A stretch of DNA of 64,000 nt. Source: Sedimentisphaerales bacterium. Lineage in GTDB: Bacteria > Planctomycetota > Phycisphaerae > Sedimentisphaerales > Anaerobacaceae. Below are positions 9,978 through 21,791 of the stretch, one piece after another. The notes below the pieces were generated by a model, which saw only the letters and a program-made list of their open reading frames with translations, was not told where the DNA came from and did no database searches. The stretch spans positions 1,664,001 through 1,728,000 of the forward strand of contig OY970194.1 of the NCBI GenBank assembly GCA_963708075.1, in the 5' to 3' direction. Positions within the stretch are counted from its first letter, which is position 1; each line of letters opens with the position of its first letter. The position numbers were made by a program, and so were the translations under genes.

Positions 9978-10804
9978 AACTCCTCCATACTTCTCTTCCC
10001 CAGATCCGGCCATTCCGTCCACTGTTCGCGGCCTCGGCTGCACGGGAATCAACGTCTCCCGTCATCACCGAACTCCTTCGAACGCGCGTCGTTTCCGAAA
10101 CGATCCGAATCCAAGTCCGAGACTCGATACACGGTCAAGCTTTCAAAGGCTCCGTCCCCCCCGCCGCAGAGACGACCGTATCTCTCAGAACGACGAAGGT
10201 GTTTCGACACTCCTTTTTTCAAGGCGTTGACATGTAATGAACTGTTCCACTCACTAACGCCCAGACTCCGTGGTGGACGATCACATGACACTTCCACTTT
10301 CTCGACGAAAGGGCCTTGCGCACTGGCCCTTGCCCAGAGAGCGCATGTGTTGGTGTCGCAGCGGCGCTACGGAGGCCCACGTGGCACCTGCGCAGCCACC
10401 GGCTGAGACACGGGAGGTAAGTGTGGGTTTGAATGCCAGGTCATACTCAGGAATAAACGCCGCAGTGCGTTTTGGAGGCTTTGATATACGCGAGACAGGT
10501 TGGGAAGGACCCCGCCGGCCGGCAGGCAGAGCAGGTCGAAGGCTGCAGTAGAGGCATCACTGCCCAGAGGACGAGGGCCGGCACCGCCTTCCGCAGAAAC
10601 GGAAAGGGCCCGTCCATCACACCACATTCTCCCGCTGTTTTCCAGCACCGCTCCTCCTCCTAATCCAATGCCCGAACGCATATCATACCGATGACGATCC
10701 CGCGCTCGCGCACAATCAGGAATTCTTCCTTCTCCTGATACGCTTTCCCTCGAAATAAGTAGCGGTGGGAGCCCTCCTCCAGTGAGGCACCAACTATACA
10801 ATGC

Positions 10805-10834
10805 ATTCTATACTTGGTATCCGCCTGCCGTCAA
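10805..10834 (-). promoter_or_regulatory. Putative sigma70 promoter
   Basis: Minus strand TTGACG-N18-TAGAAT in an AT-richer intergenic region. Confidence 0.45.
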
Positions 10835-11161
10835 GGACTTTCTCGGAAAATGGCAGAAATAGTCCACCCACCGTGGTCTTCAGAATGCATCGCGACCTAG
10901 CGCCGGGGATACTGCACGGCGTGTTGATACTTCATGTTGTTATACCATAACACTGGTACTATTTATGTGGTAGACATGGAGTGTGACGATACTGATTGGT
11001 CACAAGGGGAATGCGTAGGGTGCGGCAGGATGTGACAGAGGAGACTGGCCCCCGCCTCTACGGCCGATGGAAGGTGGGCGAGCAGATGGCGGGAGCGATG
11101 AAGTGTCCAAGAGGAACCGTTGAGCCTGGTCCGGCGCGGGCGAGGCCATCAGGCTGTACCG

Positions 11162-11470
11162 CTATTTCGCCTCGCCAAGGAACTTCAGAAGCATGTTGAT
11201 CTTGTCTTTGACTTTGATTTTGCGGTAGATATTGCGGATATGGACCTGCACCGTGGCAGGTTGGATATGGAGGGACTCAGCGATGCGGCTGTTGCGCAGC
11301 CCCTGGCACGCGAGGTCAGCGATCTGCACCTCCCGTGGGGTCAACTCGTACCGGCTCCGGAGAAAGGACCATTGGCGCTCGCTGAGCACGGAGAGGGCGC
11401 GCCCCTGCCCCGGCCGGTCCGTGACCGGGCGGTCCGGTTCTCGGGCATCGAGCGACCGGTCCATCATCAT
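11162..11470 (-). CDS. Stand-alone LuxR/GerE-type HTH transcriptional regulator
   Basis: 'LTPREVQIADLACQGLRNSRIAESLHIQPATVQVHIRNIYRKI'. No receiver or sensor domain; start overlaps the TPR gene stop. Confidence 0.88.
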   Translation of the reverse strand: MMMDRSLDAREPDRPVTDRPGQGRALSVLSERQWSFLRSRYELTPREVQIADLACQGLRNSRIAESLHIQPATVQVHIRNIYRKIKVKDKINMLLKFLGEAK

Positions 11471-14400
11471 TGGCCTTTCAGCAGTTGATCAAGGAGAAGC
11501 CTGGCCTCAGCCTGGTCCTCGGGCGGCAAGTGTCTTGCCGGATCCATCGCCTCCTTGAGGGCCTGCTGAGCCTGCGTGGTGCGCCTCATCTTGGCATACG
11601 CGCGGGCCAGATGGAAATACGCGCTGGCCAGTGGCCCGGCATTTCCCGGATACAGTTCGACGCACCGGGCCAAGTCCTCCGCCGCCTTTTCGGATTGCCC
11701 CAGCCGGTAGAGGATGACTCCTCGTGTCTCCAAGACGTCCACGTAGTGCGGCGCAATCTTCAGTCCCTTATCCGCCAGTTCCAGCGCTTCCTTGTACTGC
11801 CCGTTCTGCTCACAAAGGGCCCAGGCTAGATTGTTCAAGGCAACAATGTTGTTCGGGTCCAGTTCAAGAACCTTCTGGTTCAGCGCGACGGCTTCCGCTG
11901 TGCGTCCCATCTGCTGCACCAGCATGGCGAGGGAGGTCACGACGGGGATAGACTTCGGTGTGCGCTGCGCGGCCGCCGTCAGGAGGCTCTCGGCCATTTT
12001 GATCGCCTCCGGACTGCCCTGCGCTGAGAGCGAGCGGGCCACAGTCGAGACAACGAAGCCGTCCTCAGGATGCTTCGCGACCCAGTTCGCCACCTGCTCG
12101 GCTACTTCCGTCCAGCGTTCATCCGAGGCCAGCAGGGCCGCCAGCGTCGCCGGAGGGATCGGATTGTTGGGCTCGGCCTTCATACGCGCTTCGAGAATGG
12201 ATCGGCCCTCGGTCCTGTTCCCGCTCCTGTACAGAGCCCTGGCCAGACGTCTCTCGATCTGGACGTCATTCGGATACTGTTCCAGCAGGGTCTGCAACGT
12301 GGGCGCCGCCAGTATCGGGGAGCGAGCTTCTTCCGCGTCGGCCTTGAGTAACAGCAGATCCCTGTCCCGCTCATTGTGGCTCAAGCCGCTCAAAGCCATA
12401 TCCAAGGCTTTTCCGGGTTGCCCTTGTTCTAACTCCAATCTGCCCAGCAGATGCCACGCCTGCGATAGTTGCGGCCGAGATACCGTGATTTCCCGCAACA
12501 GCCGTTGTCCCTGAGTGATAGCCGGCCTCGTGCCCCTGCTCAGCAGGAACTGCGATTTCAGGAGCTTGAGCCCGGGATCGTTCGAATCGGCGGCACAGGC
12601 CTTATCGAGCGTCGCCTCGGCCTCCTGCATCAGCCTGGGACTGCCGGAAGCCAGGCACAGTGGAATCGCGTCATTCAGTACGGACGGGTTCCTCGCGGAC
12701 AGGTCCAACGCCTTGCGAACGTCCTGGATGGCCTCGTCCCTGCGACCGATGGCTTGGTGGAATCTGGCCCGTGCCACCCGGGTGCCGGCGTTGTCCGGGG
12801 CTTTGGCGACGGCCTGCGCGAAATCCGCCGACGCCTTCTCGTATTCTTGCAGGCCGACATAGGTCCGCGCGCGCAGCAGATACGCAGCCGCGTGGTCGGT
12901 CTTCTGTACCATTTCATCGCACAGCCGCACGGCGGCCTGCGCGTTCCCACGAAGCATGTGCAACTGGACCGTGGCTTGAGCAATGGAAATAGACTGGGAC
13001 ACCTTGGCCTCAAGCCCCTTGAGAATGACCTCTGCGTCATCGAGCTGGCCCTGAGCCATGTAGATGGTTGCCAGAGCCAGTCTGGAGTCCACGTCGTTCG
13101 GCTCCTTCCGAACAAGCTGCTGCAGGGTACCCGAGGCGGAATCAAAATCGCCGCGGCGCGCCTGGTCCCGCCATCGCATCCTCTGGCCCTGCAATTCAAG
13201 CTTCTCGAGATCCGGATGGTAAAGCTGCCGCTCGCCGGCCTGTTTGAGAATTCGCTCCGCTTCCTCCTGCTCGCCGTTCTTTTGGAGGGCGGCGACCGTC
13301 TGCATGATGATGACGATGTTATTGGGTGCGCGCCTGAGCGCTTCCCGGTATGCCGACAAAGCCAACTGCTTCTGGTTGGCCCTGTCATGCGCCGCCGCGA
13401 GAAGCAACCGGCTCGCCTGGTCGTTTGGATTGGCCAGCAGGTTCTCCTGCAGGAGCGCGGCGGTTTGCGTGTAGTAACGGGCTCGGAAGACATTCGGATC
13501 CGCAACCATAGCAGGATTCACCCAGACTCTAGCCTGCTCGTACCGCCATTGCCAGCCGGCCTGCCCCTCCAATGACTTGATCCGGTCTACCAGCGTCTGA
13601 GCCTGCTGAGCGTTCGCGACGACAGCAGGACATGTTAGAAGCTGGCGTTTGACCTGAATATCGTTTGGGAATTGTACGGCCATATCCGTGAGCCACGGGT
13701 GCAGATCACTCTCCCTCGACCAGAACCGATACAGGGAAGCCAGAAGCAGTCCAAGGTCACGCCGGGCCTCAGGCGACTGCATCCGTGCGATCGCCTGCTT
13801 GATCACGGACTCGCATTGCTGCGGATCTTTCTGCCGGTTGAGCAGCAGGGCAAGAGTCTGCACGGGCTCGATCACTTGAGGGAACTGCTCCGTGGCCCCG
13901 CGCCAGAGCCGTGGCCTCCGCAACCTTGTCCTGGCCGGCCAAAACCTCAACTTCCATAAGGGTCGCCCGGAGGTCCGAAGGGTTCTTGCTGCGCATCTCC
14001 TCCAGGAGCTTGACGGCCTCAGCAGCTTTGCCCTGTCTGGTCATGGCCTGGGCCAGAAGGAACTTGACCTGGACAGATCCCCCCATCGCCTGATCGACCT
14101 GTGCCAATTGCTTCTCGATCTCCTGCCAGGCCTGCTCGCGATTTGGCGTCGATCCATCGGCTTCCGCCAGCAGGAATATCCGACTCTGCAGCTCCAGCAA
14201 TATCGCTTCCGCGTGGCCGGGGATCAGTCGCTGCACTTCGCGCGCTTGCTCCAAAGCGCCGGCCCAGTTTCTTGCGCGAATCATCAGCCGGGCCAGGGTC
14301 AGCCGGCCCTCGACGCTCGTGCGATCCTCCGTGACCAGGGTTTGCAGTTGAACGTTCGCGGACTGGAGGTCACCCAGTTGGGCGTACGTGGACGCGAGCA

Positions 14401-15616
14401 TGATGCGCACCGGCACCTTGGCGCCAAGCCCGCCCGCGTACCAGTATTCTTTCAATCCCTGCCCCACGACGTCCCGCCAACGAGCGACAGCCTCCCAGAG
14501 GTCGCCTCTGCTGGCAGCCACGAGGCCGTCAAGAAAGGTCAGCAGTTCCGGCTGCAAACCTTTCTGCCGCATCCGGGACACGCATTCCTGAGCCTTCTCC
14601 GGCTGATTGGCGGCAGCGAAGAGCTCGGTAGCCGTTGGCAGAAAATCCCAGGGGTATGCGGCCAGTTCCTTCAGTCCGTTTTCCGCTACGGTTGCCTTCT
14701 CCTGTGCCGAGCCGCCGGACATCACGGCGGCCGCCCAGCTCTGCCACAGCGATACTCTTCCGGGCATCTTGGCCTGTAGAACGGTGAGATGCTCTTTGGC
14801 CCTCTCAGACGCCTGTATCCTGAGCAGCTCTTGCACCAGGCGCAGATGGACGTCCACATCGTCAAGACTGCATTTCGCCGCCTGTTCGAAGTCCGCTATC
14901 GCCTGATCTCGGTGCCGGAGCCGGCTGTGGAACGCACCACGAGCGATATAGGCCATCGCGGACTGTGGATTTGCGGCCACCGCCTTGTCAAACCAGTCCG
15001 CCGCCGGCGTGTTCACATCTGTGGGACGCTCCTCCAAGGCCAGCAATCCCAGCATCTCATAAGCCGGGACAGCGTCAGGATGATCTTTGATCAAGTCGAT
15101 AAGCACCTTGGCGGTCTCTGCATATTTCCGCTGCCCGTAGAGGGCACGCGCCAACATCCGCCGCAGTTCCGGATCATCCCTGCTTTGCAGGTATTTGGAC
15201 GCGACGGCTGCCGCCTCGTCCGGACGCGAATAGGGCCTTTCGAGGAGGAGCTCGACAAGACACTTCGCCGCTTCCACATTGCCCACATCCACACGCAGGA
15301 TGGATTGATAGGTCGCGACCGCACGCTCGACGTGCCCCTGAGTACGCGGTCTTCGCTTGCGCTGAGCATCGGCGTACTTCAGCATTGCCGGGAGATCGTC
15401 ATTGCGGACTTCCACGTACCGGCCGAGCTGTTCCGCCGCTTCATCCCAATTCTCCTGGGCATACGCTTGCTCGCCGCGGGGCAGCGCACGCTCCGCACGA
15501 GTGCTTTTCTGCCAGCGGTGCAACGAGAAGACAGCCCCTGCAAAAACCGTAATCGCCACGACAAGAACGATCGCCAGCGTCCAGTTGAAGTACCGTCTTG
15601 CCATTCGTTTGTCCAT
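11467..15616 (-). CDS. Giant membrane-anchored TPR protein (PrsT-like, about 1380 aa), apparent frameshift ~13895
   Basis: N-terminal TM 'WTLAIVLVVAITVFAGAVF'; TPR helices in both ORFs; C-terminal 'ALNNLAW...LETRGVILY' motif; break at a G run. Confidence 0.85.
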
Positions 15617-15717
15617 CCTTTCTGATCAGAGCATAAGGCTCGGGATCGACTGCGGCATCCGGGTCGGCTTGCGCACAGCCGTGTTCGGCGCCCGTCGCGA
15701 AGATTTCTGTGTCGCCG

Positions 15718-17477
15718 CTAGAACTGGTTGATGAAATTGGCGGTCATTCTCTTGAACGTTCGCCAACAGATCCACAGATCCAGGCGCCATGAGAGATCAC
15801 GGACGTACCGGGTATCGTAGTGGATCCACTCCTGAAAGTCCTTCATGGGCTCCCGCGTTCTGCAGATTTGCCACAGGCCGGTGATGCCGGGGCGGACAGA
15901 AAGCCGCGCGTCACGCCACCAGGGGCACAGTGTATTCTCAGACTCCGGCGAGGGACGCGGACCCACCACGCTCATGTCGCCTCTCAGCACATTGTAGAAC
16001 TGCGGTATCTCATCGAGGTAGGTCTCCCGCAAAAATCGGCCCACCGTCGTGATGCGGGGATCATCCGCCATTTTGAACTGCGGACCATCCACCTCACTGA
16101 TGAATCGCAGCTTGTCCTGCAGCTTGTCGGCCCCGACTCGCATGGTTCGGAATTTGACGCAACTGAAAGGTCGGCCATGGAGTCCCTGTCGTCTGTCCCG
16201 GAAGAGCATCGGTCCGGGCGAGCTGAGCTTGATGGCCAGGGCAATGAACGGGATGATCGGCGCAAAGAGAACAAGAACGACGACAGCCGCGATCACGTCC
16301 ACCACGCGTTTGAGGCATCTGGCGTATGAGAATCGGGACCAACTGCGAAAGGCGGCGGTGTCCTGCGAGCGAGTGCCTGCGGAGCAGCGATACATCGTGC
16401 TGCCCGGAGAGCGTCCACCTGCGGGCGACCCGGATGGGGCGACCAGGGAATGCCTGACCACCTGGTCGCGGGCAACCTCGCCGTGACGTCCCACGATGGA
16501 GGCATCGACCACAGCGCCGGTCCGGACTGTGCTGTGATCGCAGAGAATGCTGGGCCCTATGATCACAGCGTCAGACTCCACGCATACCTGTTCGCCGAGC
16601 AACACCGGGCCGACAAATCGCGACTGCGGCGAGATGCCGCCGTTGCCGCCCGATGAAGCCACACCCTGCTCCCCCGCCACCGCCTGGTGCGCCGGGCAAC
16701 AGGACGTGTCGGCCAGCGCGATTGCCGCGAGGGACAATAATCCTTCCTCCGTCCCCAGATCGACGGACGATCCGGCCACGGCGATCGATTTCACGTGCGA
16801 CCCGCGCGCCGGAGCTTCTCAACGGCAGCCTGGAATTCCGCAGGCAATCCCCCGTCCAGGATCGTGCGGGCCGCCTCGCCTCTCACGTAGAGATGGTGAG
16901 GCCAATCCGCAGGCATGGGGATCGGCTCCATCGAATCGCAATACAACCGCCGATAGCCGACGAGCTGTCCCTGCTGTGTCAGGCGGACCCGCTCGCGGTA
17001 GGCGGAAAGGTCGGGGTCAGCCGTTACCGCAACAGCATCGGCGCCCGCGTCGGCAAGTCCCTGCTCGAGCCGCTGGCGGCTCATCCGTGACACGAAACGC
17101 CCGTTGGAGATCACCAGCCAGGAATTCCCGGCAATACTCCGGAGCATTTCGGGGTCAATAACGACGGTGTCCGTGTAGATGACTTTTTGTCCGAGATTCT
17201 CGGGGAACACCGTCTGCCACTCGTGAGGAACCGCCCAAATCGCGCGTTGTGCCGGAACGTTGTCTGCGCAGTGCGCGGGGCGGCCGAGAACATCGAGAAC
17301 GATACGGCCCAGAGGGGCCGCGGACAAGGCGTACTCGAGGAAATCCGGCTCACGCCCCGGTCCGCCGGGTCTGCCCCGCCGCAGGACAACCAGCCTGACG
17401 ATCGGGTCGGACTGCACGGCAAGCGTCACATCGCTGGCGGCCACGGCACTACGCTTCTTGATCACCCGCGTCGACAT
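15718..17477 (-). CDS. Priming sugar transferase (WcaJ/WbaP C-terminal domain) fused to a degenerate nucleotidyltransferase + LbH module; apparent frameshift ~16795
   Basis: 'KRVVDV', 'KFRTM', 'DDPRITTVGRFLR..YLDEIPQ', 'GDMSVVGPRP', 'RPGITGLWQ'. The upstream ORF (16791-17477) and the start of the downstream ORF together form an NTP-transferase-like fold followed by hexapeptide repeats. Confidence 0.85.
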
Positions 17478-19773
17478 CCGGTTCTCATCCCTGCGTCCGT
17501 CTCTTCGCCGTGCGTGAGAAGCAACATCCTCTTGGCCCTGCGGCCCTTGTACTTCGGCTGCGACCCTGCGGGCCGGTAACTGTAGCCGGTGCGGTACAAG
17601 CTGTGATATACCGGCACGTTGCTCAGCACGGCTCCAAGCACGTGTGCACGGATCCGATCAAACCGCTCCCGGGCCTCTTTCAGCTCAGGACCCGTCGTCT
17701 GACCGGCGAAACTGACGAGTACTACCGCATCCATCAGCTTCGCCCACACCAGGGCATCTGGAAATGACAGCGCCGGCGGCGTATCCACGATCACATGATC
17801 GTACTGCCGACTCAGTTTCTCGATCTGTTCCGCTGCCATCGTCGAGGTCAGCAGCTCATAGGTATCGGCCAGATTCCTGGGGTTGGCCACGAGCACGTGC
17901 AAGCCGCTCGACGCCACCATATGAATCGCATCATTGGGATTGCCCCCCAGCAGAACATCCTGCAGCCCGGTGGAGCCGTTGAGGATGCCCAGCATGTAGC
18001 CGATATCGGGCTTGCGAAGATCGCCGTCGATCAGGAGCACCTTCTTGCCCGATTTGGCGAGACTCGTCGCCAGGTTCACGGCGAACGTGGTCTTGCCCTC
18101 CCGCATCCCGGCGCTGCTGACAGCCAGTTTCTTGGGCATGCCCCCGGCGGTCAGCAGAGACAGGTTCGTCCGAATCGTCTGGTAGTCGCTGGCCAGGTGT
18201 TCGGCGAACAGGGCCGCTTTGATCGTGCGGGAACTCGTCGTGGTGCCGATGACGGGCAGGTCAAGCTGCCGGGTGACATCATCGGGGGACTGCAGGGTCT
18301 TGTCCATCCGATCCCGCAGGATCGCCAGACCGAAACCACAGCCCAGCGCCAGGAAAACCACCACAGCCGAATACTTGGCCCGCTTGTCTTCGATGCTGGT
18401 GATTTCCGGCTGGCCGATCGGCTGAATCCGAGGCGCCCGCTGCATCTCCATCTGGATGTCGCTGATCCGGCGCAGGATCTGATCGTGAAGCTGCTGATTC
18501 GTGGCCAGCGAAAACTCTATGTCCTGCAGGTTCACGCTCGCTTTTCCGACCTCGCGCGTCGTCGTCTCCTGCGATTTCAAGGCCTCACGCAGATTGGTTT
18601 CATACAGCTGGATCTGGTCGCGCTCGGCTTTGAGCGCCGCCATTCTCATCTTGGTCGTTGACGCGGTACGATCGGCGACCTGCGTCTCGAATTCCTGCGT
18701 CAGTTCCTGTTCTTTCGCCTTGAGGCTCTCTTCAAAACTCGTCAGCAACTGCTGTTGGCGGGCAAGCTCAGGATTCTCAGCGCCAGCCTCTGCCTGGCGA
18801 TGAGGATGTCCCGCCTGAGCTGCACGATATTCGTGGTCAGCTCCTTCACCATCGAATCGGCGGCGATGTACTCCTTGCGGGCGGCGATCAACTGCTCCGG
18901 AGGGGTGTTGGTGTCGCTGGCCTGCTCGATCGCAGCAATGGTCGCACCCAGACCGATTCGGCGGGATTCCAGCCGGGCCGCCTCCGTCCACAACGTCGTC
19001 TGACGCTGCATTTCCATCTGTTGCCGGCTGTCCAACTGCGTGGTCCCGTATGGCTGAGAAAGCGTGCTGATCTCGGTGTGCTGCTGGGCGATCTTCGTCG
19101 CCAGGGCTTTCTCCTGGTCGTCGAGTCTGCGAAGCGTCACGTCCGTCTGTCTGGCGGAATCGAGGCCATACTTGCTCTGATAATTGCTGATGAACGCGTC
19201 AATGATCCGTCTCGCCTCGCCATCGTTTCTGCTTCTTACGGTCACACTGATGATCTCCGTTCGGCGCAGCGGAGCGGCCGTAATCGTCCCTTTCGTGATG
19301 GCCCTCCTCAGAACGTCGACCGGCTCCCTCGTACGCGGAGCGATCCTGAACAGCCTCGCGATTCGGTCGACAGGATCATTTGCATCTTCCCGGAAGAACG
19401 ACAGGTTCATCGGCTGGAGCTCGTCCGCCACTCCCTGCAGCACGGCTGAGCTCAGGATCTTGGCCGCCTGGGTGTTGAGGTAGCTGTCGTAATCAGAGAT
19501 CTCGCCCCGATCCGGCTCTCCTGTGAGGATACGCGGCAGGACAGGGGCCACGTGGATGGCGCCCGTCACAACGTAACGAGGCTTGATCAGCAGCCAGATC
19601 GCCGGCAGCACCAACACGGCGATCAACACGGAGACAAGAGCCACGATGTACCAGCGGCGGCGCAGAGCATCCAGGACGCTCGGCGGCATCGGTTGCTCGG
19701 GCTGTACCGGCGAATCGTAGATCACAGGCTTCTGCTCGATCACCTGATCTAAATATTTTTCCAGATTGTTCAT
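17462..19773 (-). CDS. wzc: Wzc/GumC-type polysaccharide co-polymerase with BY-kinase domain; apparent frameshift ~18780
   Basis: Two TMs flanking a coiled coil; Walker A 'SAGMREGKTT', 'LIDGDLRKP', 'VIVDTPP', Tyr-containing tail. Confidence 0.85.
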
Positions 19774-19790
19774 AGGACCATTCTCCCGTT

Positions 19791-21791
19791 TTAAGAGTCC
19801 ACCGCGTGCTGCGTTCTTCGTCGCACAATCACCGCGGGTTTCACCTCCGCCTGAGGGCTGATCAACCGTCCGAGGAGCCAGAACTCACCGACAACGAGGG
19901 CCAGGGCCAGCGGCATCATGGCGTACCCCCCAAAGTCGTGGAACAGCTTCTCAACGTTGTCCCCTTCTATGATCGTGAAAGCCACGGCTGTTATGGCCAG
20001 CCGCAGCGTATTGCAGAACAGGGCGATGGGCAGACTGGAAAGCAGGATGATCAGCTTTTCCCACCAGGTCCGCTGGACAAGCAGAACCACCAGGGCACTG
20101 ATCACCAGGAACGCCGTGACCATGCGCAGGCCATTGCACGCTTCGGCCACCGCAACATTCGTCTGTCCGATCCCGATGACATTTCCATCCCGCAAAACGT
20201 CATAGCCTGCCAACTCCAGGCAAAACACCGCTGAGTCCGTCGCCCAGCCCTGGAGAGGCAGACTGATCTGCGCCTGGACCCGATGCGGCCACGGCAGCAT
20301 CAAACACAGGAACACCAGGACGGTGGCCACCCTTCGCAGGGCTCTCCATCCGAACAAAAGAAGAACTAATGCGATTACGGACACAATGATGGAGACCCTC
20401 TCTGCGGAGCCATACATCCAGAACAGGCCAAAGAGCCTCATGGCCTGGGAAAGCACGAAAATCCCCACGCCCCAGAAGAGCATGGGTCTGACCGGCAGTG
20501 AAACCAGGTCACGCCGGCGCGTCCACAGAACGTAGAGGGCCAGGAACGGGACCAACAACCCGGCGGAGTACTCGTCGCTCCTCTGCCACTCCTTGGCCAG
20601 ATCCTGCAAAACAGGCCAGTACGACCATAGCAACGCAACGACCAGGCCGCCGCATCCCAAGATGCCGGCAAGCTGCTTTTGCGAAAGCGGTACCCGGGCA
20701 GGCGGCGCCCCCATGTTGCCACCGGGATGCCCACCGGCAATCTCGCGTTTGCCCATAGGCGCGGTCCTCCTGGCGACAGGTCTGAGAATCGCGGTCTTTT
20801 GTCCCGCCGAGACCGTCTGCTCCGCGACGATGCTTCCATCGGAAACCACAGCGTCGCGTGCTATGACAGACCCGCGAACCTCGCAGCCGGCGCCCACCTT
20901 GCAGCCATTCCACAGGACGCTTTCGACGATCACACTGTCCTCGCCGACGCGGGCTCCGCTGTCGAGGACGGCCGGCCCGACCACCACAGCTCCCCGGGCC
21001 AGATACGTGCCCTCGGAGACCGCTACAGGGCCGTAAATCCGCGCCCCGGGATCGATGCCCTCGCCGCCACTCACCGGCGCCAGCCGTTTACTCGAGCACT
21101 CGCAGAGAGTGTACCCGTCGGCGACAACTCGCTCACTTTCGAGATACAGGGATACCGCATGGAGGTACCCTGCCCGGTCGTGAAAGTTCCCTACGTCCTG
21201 GGGCAATACCACGGGCTTGATGACCCCTCCCGCCCGTAAGATGGCAGGAATCAGTCCTTCCTTGATATCACTATACCCGCTGGGAGCGACAAGTTTGAGC
21301 ACATGCGGACGACAAAGATAAATCTCCGCCGAAGTCCCATAATGCGACTCGCCCGATGGGTCGGGGTTGAATGCTACCGTCAAATCCGCCTCGTTGCGGG
21401 TGTGAGCTTCAATCAGATCGCGGATCGCAGGTGGGCGGACCATACTGCCCGAGAATACCAAGATCAAGTCACCTGGATCCGACGCCACGGCATCTCGCAG
21501 GCACCCGGCCGTGCCGCTGCTCAGTTGCTCGATCACCAGTCTCACGGCGATCCGTCGATCCGTCTCAATGGCCCCGACGGAACTGGATACCGTGCTGTCA
21601 CAACACAGGGCTATGTCCCTGACTCCCTCGTTGGCGAGATGGCGCAGCAGTCGCTCGACGGCAGGCTTGCCGGCAATCGGCCACAGTGCGACAGGCAGGC
21701 GAGCTGCGAGCGGACAGCGCCCGAAGTCCTGTCTGCCGACAAGGACTACGGTCCGGATGCGAGCCTCGTCAAATGCCGCTTTCTCAGTCAT
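19791..21791 (-). CDS. Exosortase fused C-terminally to a degenerate nucleotidyltransferase + LbH module
   Basis: Exosortase motifs 'W..SDEYSAGLLVP', 'VAEACNGLR', 'NTLR', 'FHDFGG' (Cys-Arg-His). The N-terminal ~330 aa resemble mannose-1-phosphate guanylyltransferase with hexapeptide repeats. One uninterrupted frame. Confidence 0.9.
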   Translation of the reverse strand: MTEKAAFDEARIRTVVLVGRQDFGRCPLAARLPVALWPIAGKPAVERLLRHLANEGVRDIALCCDSTVSSSVGAIETDRRIAVRLVIEQLSSGTAGCLRDAVASDPGDLILVFSGSMVRPPAIRDLIEAHTRNEADLTVAFNPDPSGESHYGTSAEIYLCRPHVLKLVAPSGYSDIKEGLIPAILRAGGVIKPVVLPQDVGNFHDRAGYLHAVSLYLESERVVADGYTLCECSSKRLAPVSGGEGIDPGARIYGPVAVSEGTYLARGAVVVGPAVLDSGARVGEDSVIVESVLWNGCKVGAGCEVRGSVIARDAVVSDGSIVAEQTVSAGQKTAILRPVARRTAPMGKREIAGGHPGGNMGAPPARVPLSQKQLAGILGCGGLVVALLWSYWPVLQDLAKEWQRSDEYSAGLLVPFLALYVLWTRRRDLVSLPVRPMLFWGVGIFVLSQAMRLFGLFWMYGSAERVSIIVSVIALVLLLFGWRALRRVATVLVFLCLMLPWPHRVQAQISLPLQGWATDSAVFCLELAGYDVLRDGNVIGIGQTNVAVAEACNGLRMVTAFLVISALVVLLVQRTWWEKLIILLSSLPIALFCNTLRLAITAVAFTIIEGDNVEKLFHDFGGYAMMPLALALVVGEFWLLGRLISPQAEVKPAVIVRRRTQHAVDS

